Source of the DNA: an uncultured Verrucomicrobia subdivision 3 bacterium
GTDB lineage: Bacteria > Verrucomicrobiota > Verrucomicrobiia > Limisphaerales > UBA8199
Assembly (NCBI GenBank): GCA_903913865.1
Contig: CAIWMU010000149.1
Span: 151 to 64,150 of the forward strand
Length of the DNA: 64,000 nucleotides
Direction of reading: 5' to 3'
Below are positions 1 to 7,360 of the stretch, piece by piece. The notes beneath the pieces were generated by a model. The model saw only the letters and a list, made by a program, of their open reading frames with translations. It made no database searches and had not been told where the DNA came from. Numbering within the stretch: position 1 is the stretch's first letter; every line of letters starts with the position of its first letter. The position numbers and the translations under genes are program-made.

Positions 1-1700
1 GGCGAGCAGGCTCATGTAACCGTTGCTGGGTTGATAAGATTGGAGGGAGGACAGATCGACGATGCTGTTGTCGCCATCGGCATAAACCTCAAAATAGCCA
101 TCGGCTATGCTCACCAGATTGCTCATGACCAGTTGCCCACCGCTGAAGGCCCTGAGGCGAACCCATTCCCAGTTGAAGCCAGTCAGGTTGGTCAAACCGT
201 TCAGAACCAGGCGGCTGCCGGATCCCTCCGCCTGCCAGGTCGTCGGAACACTGCAAGCAGCCTGACCGACTCCCGGCACCGCCACCACAGCACCTGCGAT
301 TGCAAACAGTCGTGCGGTGCTGTCCAGATTTGTCAGGCCACTCAGGATGGCAGATCCACCCGCCTGAGTGAATCCGTTCAGGCGGAAGAACTGGGCAACC
401 GGGATATTCCCACCAGCCCGGCGATCGACCTGCACGGATCGACCATCCGACAACTTTGGCACCAGAACGGCACCATTGTTGTAGGCGAGAAGGCTCATGA
501 TGCCGGTGGTGGGTTGATAAGTTTGGAGGGAGGATAGATCGACGATGCTGTTGTCGCCATCGGCATACGCCTCAAAATGGCCATCAGTGATGCTGACCAG
601 ATTACTCATGACCAGTTGGCCCCCGCTGAAGGCCCTGAGGCGAACCCATTCCCAATTGAAGCCAGTCAGGTTGGTCAAACCGTTCAGCACGAGGCGGCTG
701 CCGGATCCTTCCGCCTGCCAGGTTGTTGGCGCACCGCATACAGCCTGACGGACTCCTGGGACATCCACCAGGGCACCAGCAGAAGCAATCAGGCGAGTCG
801 TGAAATCGAGGTTCGTCAACCCGGTGAGGCTGGCAGAACCACCTGACTGACTGAATCCGGCCAGCCTCAAGAACTGTGAAACAGGGATGCTGCCTCCAGA
901 CGTGCGGTCCACTTGGATGGAACGGCCATCCAACAAATTCGGCACCAGGATCGTTCCGTTGTTGTTTGCCCGCAGGCTGCTGTAGCCCACGCCGGGTTGA
1001 TAAGTTGCCAGCACTGAGAGATCCACCACACTTCCATCGCCGTCCGCATAGACATCCACATAGCCATCCGTGATGCGTGAAATCCTGCCCAGATCCAGAC
1101 GTCCCCCGCCGTAGGTTCTGAGGTAAAGCCATCCCGAGGATGAGGATGTCAGATTCGTCAAACCGGCGAATACCAACCTGCTGCCCACCCCATCGGCTTG
1201 CCACGTTGTACCGGCGCTGCAGGTTGCCTCCGCGACTTTGGGCAGTTCCACCACTGCACCTTCAGACGCATACAAGCCAACGGTGAAGTCCAGATTCGTC
1301 AGTCCAGCCAGACTGGCCGATCCGCCCACCTGGGTGAAACCATTCAGTCGGAAGAACTGAGCGATCGGGATGTCGCCACCTGCACGGCGATCCACCTGCA
1401 CGGCGCGGCCGTCGGATAACCTTGAAACCCGAATGGTTGAGTTGTTATAGGCCTGCAATCTCATGTAACCGACCACCGGTTGGTAGGTTTGCAGCGAGGA
1501 CAAGTCCACGAGGGTGTCATCTCCGTCAGCGTAAATGTCAACATAGCCGTCAGTGATGTTTGCCAGATTCATCATCTCCAGCCGCCCGCCGCCGGTCGTT
1601 CTGAATCGAACCCACTCCGACACCGAGGATGTGAGGTTGGTCAGCCCGGACAGCACGATCCGGCTGCCTGAACCATCAGCCTGCCAGGAGGCACTGCTGC
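1..1700 (-). repeat. Intragenic tandem repeat with an exact 483-bp (161-codon) period, about 3.5 units
   Basis: The landmark ttgataag / ttggtagg recurs at 31, 514, 997 and 1480, spaced 483 nt each time. Translated units share GSR(L/I)V..GLTNLT...DGY...YADGD..(I/V)VDLS.L..YQP...DGR..QVDR..GG.IP..QF.RL.GF.Q.GGSA.L.GLTNLD. Units 31-240 and 514-723 are about 92 percent identical at the DNA level. Confidence 0.9.
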
Positions 1701-2202
1701 CAAATGTGGCCTGCCGAACCCCCGGGAGTTCAATCACGGCCCCGGCGGATGCATAAAGGGATGATCCGGAAGTCAGTGCAGTGCCGTTGGCAACGAAGGT
1801 CACACCCGTTCCGTTTGCACTGATACTGGTGCCGGGGGATGTCAAGAGATCGCCGGCGATCATCGAGGAGCCGCCGGTGAGCGTGAAAGTTCCACCCGCC
1901 AGGGAAAAGCTGCCAGTGCATTGCATGCTTCGGATGATCGCACCGTTTGGACAGACGACCGTCACGTTGGGCGGCACATTGATGACCACGTCATCCGAGT
2001 TCCCGGGCAATGCCTTGCCGCTCCAATTCTGAGGGTTGTTCCAGTTGAGATCACCACCACCTCCATCCCAGGAGACTGTCTGGGCTCGGGAAAGCGAGGC
2101 CATCGAGCAAACCAGTAATAGAACCGACAGGAGCAAAGAGATGGAACCTCCTGATTGGTTCCTGTGCCCAGAAACAATAACCCGTTCCCCAATAGTATTC
2201 AT
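1..2202 (-). CDS. Secreted repeat protein, N-terminal 734 codons only (3' end lies beyond the window start)
   Basis: Absent from the ORF track because no stop lies inside the window. Hand translation of the minus strand from ATG (cat at 2200-2202) stays open for exactly 734 codons to position 1. The N-terminus MNTIGERVIVSGHRNQSGGSISLLLSVLLLVCSMASLSRAQ is signal-peptide-like. It is followed by VSWDGGGGDLNWNNPQNWSGKALPGNSDDVVI and 161-aa repeats rich in GLTNLT, YADGD and VDLSSLQxYQP. Function unknown. An AGGAGG at 2147-2152 followed by a TTG is an alternative start. Confidence 0.75.
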   Translation of the reverse strand, partial: MNTIGERVIVSGHRNQSGGSISLLLSVLLLVCSMASLSRAQTVSWDGGGGDLNWNNPQNWSGKALPGNSDDVVINVPPNVTVVCPNGAIIRSMQCTGSFSLAGGTFTLTGGSSMIAGDLLTSPGTSISANGTGVTFVANGTALTSGSSLYASAGAVIELPGVRQATFGSSASWQADGSGSRIVLSGLTNLTSSVSEWVRFRTTGGGRLEMMNLANITDGYVDIYADGDDTLVDLSSLQTYQPVVGYMRLQAYNNSTIRVSRLSDGRAVQVDRRAGGDIPIAQFFRLNGFTQVGGSASLAGLTNLDFTVGLYASEGAVVELPKVAEATCSAGTTWQADGVGSRLVFAGLTNLTSSSSGWLYLRTYGGGRLDLGRISRITDGYVDVYADGDGSVVDLSVLATYQPGVGYSSLRANNNGTILVPNLLDGRSIQVDRTSGGSIPVSQFLRLAGFSQSGGSASLTGLTNLDFTTRLIASAGALVDVPGVRQAVCGAPTTWQAEGSGSRLVLNGLTNLTGFNWEWVRLRAFSGGQLVMSNLVSITDGHFEAYADGDNSIVDLSSLQTYQPTTGIMSLLAYNNGAVLVPKLSDGRSVQVDRRAGGNIPVAQFFRLNGFTQAGGSAILSGLTNLDSTARLFAIAGAVVAVPGVGQAACSVPTTWQAEGSGSRLVLNGLTNLTGFNWEWVRLRAFSGGQLVMSNLVSIADGYFEVYADGDNSIVDLSSLQSYQPSNGYMSLLA

Positions 2203-2337
2203 AATAGTCATTCCCAATTTTACGCCACATGTTCGGACAGGGTGACCACCCCGCCAATAAAGACGTCCGATCAGGTGCAGCTTCCGGCCGTTCGCGCAAC
2301 TGTCGAGGTAACTACGTCTAATTCGAAGCTTAACTTT

Positions 2338-2365
2338 AAAATAGGGGCTGCAGGTCGTGTGTCAA
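2338..2365 (-). promoter_or_regulatory. Candidate sigma70-type promoter for the repeat-protein gene
   Basis: The minus strand reads TTGACA (2365-2360), a 16-nt spacer, then TATTTT (2343-2338), about 130 nt upstream of the ATG at 2202. This is a sequence match only. Confidence 0.35.
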
Positions 2366-2381
2366 TCATAAATTAGGTTCT

Positions 2382-2397
2382 ACTTATCTGGATAAGT
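2382..2397. promoter_or_regulatory. Perfect 16-nt palindrome ACTTATCTGGATAAGT (7-2-7), candidate operator or activator site
   Basis: Read directly from the sequence. It lies 16 nt upstream (in the minus-strand sense) of the -35 candidate at 2360-2365. Confidence 0.3.
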
Positions 2398-2716
2398 GCC
2401 AATTGATGAAAGAATTGAGCAGGTTTGGCGTGGGTCTCGGGCTCGTCGGTTACGGCATTCAGATGGCTGTCGACAGGTTGGAGCGGGATCGATGGGGGGG
2501 GGTGACCCCGATCAGAGTCCTCGACGATCGACACATCTGCAACAGGGGGCTTGCAAGCCCGACATCGGAGCCCCGGCAAACGGATTGCAGTCTATCTCGC
2601 TGCTCCTTGACTCGCCACGGGGGTGAGTCCGCTTGTTGCGCGACTGCCGGGAGCGCATACGCGTCGCAGAACGGCCTCGAGTCGGTCAACAGAGGTGATG
2701 CAAGCAACCGAAGCAG

Positions 2717-2745
2717 CAACGGGCGGCCTTGTGGGCCGCCCGTTG
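2717..2745 (-). terminator. GC-rich hairpin, probable terminator of the Gfo/Idh/MocA gene
   Basis: CAACGGGCGGCC-ttgtg-GGCCGCCCGTTG forms a 12-bp perfect stem with a 5-nt loop, about 55 nt downstream of the stop at 2798. On the minus strand it is followed by CTGCTTCGGTTGCTT, which is only moderately U-rich. Confidence 0.45.
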
Positions 2746-2797
2746 GCGAAGTCCTGTTTGGATTATAGGGCTCGCGCCTCAGTCTCCCAATCCCCGG

Positions 2798-4120
2798 TTA
2801 CGGGAGTTTCCAGGGGCTGCGATAGGGGCGGGTGAGGAGTTTGGAGGCTGCTTCATCACCAAGAATCACTTCCTTCTTAGCGTTCCATTTGATGGGGCGA
2901 CCCACAAGGAGGGAAATCAGGCTCAGATGGCCCGGGATTGCCGAGTGGTGGGCGGTTTCCACAGGGGTGATGGTGGGTTTTCGGCTCTTCACGCAGTCGA
3001 GAAAGTTCCGGTGGTGATTATCGGAGGCGTAGAGATGCACCTTTTGCTTGTCCGCTGGAATTTGAGCGAACCAATCAGGATTCGATGCATCGAAACCGCC
3101 TCGATCCACCCATACCCAGCCATCTGTCCCGATCCATTTGGTCCCACTCCGGATATCACCGTGGCCGCCTGCGATGATCATGGTGACATCGTTGGGATAT
3201 TTCAGAATGGACTTGTATTTGGTGCAGGTATTCCACACGGCGTCCCTTGGCGGGAAATCACCCTCCGCACTGATCTCATAGGGGCCGGAGTTGTCGGCAT
3301 TCATGCCCCAGTGGGCGATGTCGCCGTGGTGACCGATCCAGTCCAGTAGCTGCCCGCCGCCGATGTTGTAGTTCCAGCGCCAGTTCATGTGGATGCGGCC
3401 TTCGATATAAGGTTCCATCTGGGAGGGACCGATCCAGAAGTCGTAGTTCAAGTGTGCGGGAGGGGCGGTGACGGACATTTTGTCCTTGGTTCTCGCGAAG
3501 TCATGGTGTCCGGAGGGCAGGCCGACCTCAACCCGGGTCAATTTTCCTATCAATCCGTTCCTCACGATCTCAGCCGCCTTGCGGAAAGGACCCTGCGAGC
3601 GCTGCCAGGAACCGGTCTGCCAGATGCGCTTGTTCTTCTGCACCGCGTGGACGATTGCCTGCTGCTCGGCAATGGTGCGGGCGAGTGGTTTTTCCCCGTA
3701 AATATCCTTTTTGTTTTTGGCTGCCGTGACGGCTGCCAGCGCATGCCAATGGTCGGGAACAGCCAGCATCACCGCGTCGATATCCTTCCGGGCCATCATG
3801 TCGCGGAAGTCATCGTAAGGTTTGCAATCCTTGTTCTTGTAGTGGCCGTTGATTGTGTTTAGAGCCTGTTCCAGATGTTTTTTGTCGAGGTCGCAGGCGG
3901 CAACCACCTGACAATCCTTTTGCCCCAGGAAAGCATCCGTGTTGCCTGGTCCCATCATACCCCAGCCCAGAACACCCATGGTAATCCTCTCAGAGGGGGG
4001 CGTGTGGCCATCGCGGCCGAGGGCGCGGGCAGGGATGAAGTTGGGTGCTGCGATCGCAAGTGCGGTGGTGGTAAGGAATTGGCGTCTGGACCAACCCGTT
4101 CGATTGGGTGCTTTGTTCAT
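2798..4120 (-). CDS. TAT-exported Gfo/Idh/MocA family oxidoreductase
   Basis: ORF-track entry 2798..4426 is trimmed to the internal ATG (cat at 4118-4120). This gives MNKAPNRTGWSRRQFLTTTALAIAAP, a twin-arginine signal. It is followed by the Rossmann motif GVLGWGMMG and YGEKPLA, both typical of the family. The discarded 102 N-terminal codons overlap the upstream gene. Confidence 0.9.
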   Translation of the reverse strand: MNKAPNRTGWSRRQFLTTTALAIAAPNFIPARALGRDGHTPPSERITMGVLGWGMMGPGNTDAFLGQKDCQVVAACDLDKKHLEQALNTINGHYKNKDCKPYDDFRDMMARKDIDAVMLAVPDHWHALAAVTAAKNKKDIYGEKPLARTIAEQQAIVHAVQKNKRIWQTGSWQRSQGPFRKAAEIVRNGLIGKLTRVEVGLPSGHHDFARTKDKMSVTAPPAHLNYDFWIGPSQMEPYIEGRIHMNWRWNYNIGGGQLLDWIGHHGDIAHWGMNADNSGPYEISAEGDFPPRDAVWNTCTKYKSILKYPNDVTMIIAGGHGDIRSGTKWIGTDGWVWVDRGGFDASNPDWFAQIPADKQKVHLYASDNHHRNFLDCVKSRKPTITPVETAHHSAIPGHLSLISLLVGRPIKWNAKKEVILGDEAASKLLTRPYRSPWKLP

Positions 4121-4271
4121 GGTTGGGATGACGCCACAAGAAGGAGAATAATTCCAGACATTTTTCCCAATGTGCGGTAGTTTTTTCGCGGGACCGGGAA
4201 TGAGGGGATTGAGCCACATCGCTCCGGGCGAGATCAGCAATCCAATCAGGTTGTAGTTCCGGGATGTCCCG

Positions 4272-5912
4272 TCAGAAGGCGATTTCCGGACGGGTGAGAT
4301 CGGTGGAAGTTTTTGCGGGAAGTCGCCAGACGTGGTCCCCTCGCTGATTTGTGAAGTAAAGGCTGGATTCTGAGGGTTGGCGGGCATTGCCATCAGCCCA
4401 GAGGGCATAAAAATCAGGGTGGGCATTCAGGGGACGCCGGGCGAACGTGTGGTTTCGCCGGGTGTCAGTCGTGAGTTGTTTGACCTTCTTCCATGTCCGG
4501 CCCTGATCACCACTGGTCCACATGACCATATTACCACCGGGGTTGAACGGCTGTGCCCCGGATTCCGTCGGAGCGATGATGCGCCACAACCCGTCCGGCT
4601 CGATATAGAGCGACCCGTGGTCGTAGTTGTTTCCGGATGTGGTGAACGGGCGCCGGACCCAGTCTGAACCGTTCCAATGGAGGGTTTGCCACTGGCGAGG
4701 GCCGTTTGCAGGGCCGGGTTCAAACCCTTTGCTCGTCAGAAAGAGGATGACAGGCCTTCCCTGGGCATCAAAATTGACGTCGCAGAGATAGGACAACAGC
4801 CCTTCATTACGCGTGTCCAGCACAAGAGCAGGGTTGCTCGTATTTGTGAGGGGCGGGGAAACGGATTGGCCCTGCACATTGCGCCAGGATTGGCCCAAGT
4901 CACTGGTTTCCAAATAGTAAAGGTTTGCCCGGGCGTTCAGGCCGATGGGGCTGGGGTGGAAATCGAAAACAGTCGCAACCCGTTTGCCAGACCCCCAACT
5001 GATCTGATAATCCCCGGCGTCAATTCCAGCGAGCAGTTGGGGATCGCTCCAGTGTCGGCCATCGGTGCTGGTCGTCCAAAACAGGCATCGGGCGGCATTG
5101 ATACCCGAGGACTTGCCGCCGTCATAGCGGGTGTGGAGGAATAGGAATCCCTGGCCTGGTATGTGCCAGGGTTGGGAATAGGAAAAGTTGGTCTCCTGCA
5201 CACATTCGAACTCATCAATGGACCAGGGTTTCACGCTCCGGTGGATGTAGGATGGGCGGCCGGTGCCGTGGGAGGAGGAAAAGATCCACAGGTGGCCAAG
5301 GTCATCAATCTGCAAGGTCGGGTTATCATGCGCATCGGAGGTGTGCTTGTTGAGAAGAATTCGTGGCCGGGAGACCATCCCCGTCGTGTGATCGTAACAG
5401 GAGATCATGTGGAGGAGTTCCTGCCTGTCTGCTGCGGAATGTGCGGTGGTGCCTCCATAGACAAAGAACGTTTTGTTTACGGTCCTGGAGTAGATGGCGA
5501 TAGGTCCCTGCTGGTAGGGGTAGGTGGCAAATCCACCGCTGTATTTATATTTGTATTCATCCCCAGTCGGCTGGTTGTAATACCAGATTCCTCGAAAGCC
5601 GTCGTCGAGTGGCAGAATTCTTGCGAAGGCCTTCGTGCCGGGTGATCCCTTGTCAGCCAACCTGCCGGAACTGTCACGATTGCCTGGTGCCGCGAGGGAT
5701 TTGACAGCCGGGCCGGGTTGAGGAAGAGTTGACTGAGGAGCAGAAGAAAGTGAGGCGGATTGAACCGCCCAAGTTGAACACCCAATCACAATGAACGCAA
5801 GAATCAGGAGCCCGAAGGGTCCCCTCAGGGATTTTGGGGCAGATTGGGGCGGTTTCCCGCATACGCGGGGAGGGTCGTCGGGTGACCGATTGTCGGAGCG
5901 TGCGGTTGTCAT
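4272..5912 (-). CDS. BNR-4 (sialidase-like beta-propeller) repeat protein with N-terminal membrane anchor
   Basis: Taken from a 574-aa ORF. It has Asp-box-like motifs (TSTDGRHWS, TSDLGQSW, SGDQGRTW), the GIWYYNQ / YSGGFATYP / WIFSSSHG strings I associate with the BNR_4 family, and the hydrophobic anchor GLLILAFIVIGCSTWAV. The start is ambiguous: TTG at 5996, ATG at 5933 or ATG at 5912. The last is chosen. Confidence 0.8.
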   Translation of the reverse strand: MTTARSDNRSPDDPPRVCGKPPQSAPKSLRGPFGLLILAFIVIGCSTWAVQSASLSSAPQSTLPQPGPAVKSLAAPGNRDSSGRLADKGSPGTKAFARILPLDDGFRGIWYYNQPTGDEYKYKYSGGFATYPYQQGPIAIYSRTVNKTFFVYGGTTAHSAADRQELLHMISCYDHTTGMVSRPRILLNKHTSDAHDNPTLQIDDLGHLWIFSSSHGTGRPSYIHRSVKPWSIDEFECVQETNFSYSQPWHIPGQGFLFLHTRYDGGKSSGINAARCLFWTTSTDGRHWSDPQLLAGIDAGDYQISWGSGKRVATVFDFHPSPIGLNARANLYYLETSDLGQSWRNVQGQSVSPPLTNTSNPALVLDTRNEGLLSYLCDVNFDAQGRPVILFLTSKGFEPGPANGPRQWQTLHWNGSDWVRRPFTTSGNNYDHGSLYIEPDGLWRIIAPTESGAQPFNPGGNMVMWTSGDQGRTWKKVKQLTTDTRRNHTFARRPLNAHPDFYALWADGNARQPSESSLYFTNQRGDHVWRLPAKTSTDLTRPEIAF

Positions 5913-6070
5913 GCCTTCAAGGACGGTATCCATTTTCCAGTTCGTTTGCCATCCTGCTTTGAACCCGTCGGTGCAGTAGTTACGAACCGGGAACAAGAGA
6001 CCGATTTTGGGGTGAAGTAGACGATAATGTTTGCGTTTGAGGAGGGCTTTTTGAATGATTGTGCATTATT

Positions 6071-7321
6071 ATGAGAAGCGTGAGTTTGATCAAAACATCA
6101 GTGACCGCCGCCGTGATGGTGTCCGGTTTCATGTCGGTTGTGGCTGCGGATTGGACCCAGTGGAGGGGGCCTAACCGGGATGGTATTTCGAGCGAAACCG
6201 GGTTGCTGAAGAGTTGGCCGGAAGGCGGGCCGAAGCTGGCATGGAAGTCCGCCGGTTTGGGACTGGGCTACTCGACAGTCTCTACTTCGGGGAAGCAGTT
6301 GTTCACGGCGGGAGACAGGGGGGAATCCAGCTTTATCATCGCGCTGAACGCGGAGGATGGGAAGGAGCTTTGGGCCACGAAAGTTGGGAAATCAGGTGCT
6401 CCGGGTTGGGGTGGTTTTGCCGGCCCTCGTGCGACACCGACGGTGGAGGGTGGGATGGTTTTCTCTGTGGATCAGTGGGGGACCCTGGTCTGCCTCTCCG
6501 CAGTTGATGGAAAGGAGAAGTGGCGCAAGGAGTTCACCAAGGATTTTGGAAGCTCAAGGCCCGAGTGGGGGTTTTCTGAGTCCCCGCTGGTGGATGGAAA
6601 GAACCTGATTTTGACGCCCGGCGGATCTGGCGGGGCGATTGTGGCACTGGACAAGACGACAGGTGCCGAGGTATGGCGTACGAAAGACTTTACCGATTCG
6701 GCCCACTACAGTTCGTTGATCAAGACCGAGATCGGCGGGGTGGCACAATACGTGCAGCTGACCGCTGAGAACGTTGTGGGGGTGGGAGTTGATGGCAAGC
6801 TGCTTTGGAAGGCGGTTCGCAAGGGTAAGACGGCTGTGATTCCGACCCCGGTTTGCAAGGGGAACCTGGTGTATGTGTCATCCGGCTATGGCACAGGCTG
6901 CAACCTGTTCAAGATCAGCAATGCCAACGGCCAATTTACCGCCGAGCAGGTCTATGAAAACAAGGTGCTCCAGAATCATCATGGCGGCGTGGTCATTGTC
7001 GGCGACTCGGTTTACGGATACGGCGATGGCAAAGGCTGGACCTGCCAGAATTTGCAGACCGGTGAGGCCCGGTGGCAGGACAAGTCCGTGGGCAAAGGTG
7101 CCATCCTCTGTGTGGATGGAAACTTCATTATCCGGCAGGAGGACAAGGCTGGAACCATTGCGCTCATCGCTGCCAGCCCGGATGGCTACAAGGAGTTGGG
7201 GAAGTTCAACCCACCTGACGCCAGCGGGAAGAACTACTGGCCGCATCCGGTGGTTTCCAACGGCAAGCTTTACATCCGGGATCAGGACATACTCCTCTGT
7301 TACGATCTGAAGGGGAGCTAA
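6071..7321 (+). CDS. PQQ-like (BamB-type) beta-propeller repeat protein, secreted
   Basis: The ATG at 6071 gives MRSVSLIKTSVTAAVMVSGFMSVVAADWTQWRGPNRDG, a signal peptide plus the characteristic W.QWRG....G opening. Repeated G.(L/V).A(L/V)D..(T/D)G...W blades follow. Confidence 0.85.
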   Translation: MRSVSLIKTSVTAAVMVSGFMSVVAADWTQWRGPNRDGISSETGLLKSWPEGGPKLAWKSAGLGLGYSTVSTSGKQLFTAGDRGESSFIIALNAEDGKELWATKVGKSGAPGWGGFAGPRATPTVEGGMVFSVDQWGTLVCLSAVDGKEKWRKEFTKDFGSSRPEWGFSESPLVDGKNLILTPGGSGGAIVALDKTTGAEVWRTKDFTDSAHYSSLIKTEIGGVAQYVQLTAENVVGVGVDGKLLWKAVRKGKTAVIPTPVCKGNLVYVSSGYGTGCNLFKISNANGQFTAEQVYENKVLQNHHGGVVIVGDSVYGYGDGKGWTCQNLQTGEARWQDKSVGKGAILCVDGNFIIRQEDKAGTIALIAASPDGYKELGKFNPPDASGKNYWPHPVVSNGKLYIRDQDILLCYDLKGS

Positions 7322-7360
7322 GTCTGGAAGGCCAGGGATTACCGACTCAAGACCTTCGAA

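Noticed and set aside
31-723. Near-identical 210-nt segments (31-240 vs 514-723) considered as the template and variable repeats of a diversity-generating retroelement
   Set aside because: The 16 mismatches are a mixture of all substitution types and are not confined to adenine positions of one copy. Both copies lie in the same reading frame of a tandem array, and no reverse transcriptase is in the window.
2341-2800. tmRNA, RNase P RNA or SRP RNA in the long spacer. The triggers were GGGGCTG..., GGCGAAGTCC... and CCGAAGCAGC... strings, plus a short frame ending ...AVYLAAP-stop.
   Set aside because: No matching 3' acceptor or T-arm (no ...TCCACCA partner for the 5' end). The GGAAAGTCCGGGC and ACAGAAxCCGGCTTA RNase P cores are absent, as is the GGAA tetraloop SRP motif. 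The resemblances are a few nucleotides long.
4121-4426. 5' extensions of ORF-track entries, for example 2798..4426, 14709..15821, 18213..19214, 24215..25210, 25126..25674, 45038..46162 and 46874..49393, which would create long gene overlaps
   Set aside because: In each case an internal ATG gives a canonical family N-terminus (TAT signal, LysR HTH, signal peptide and so on) and removes the overlap with the neighbouring gene.
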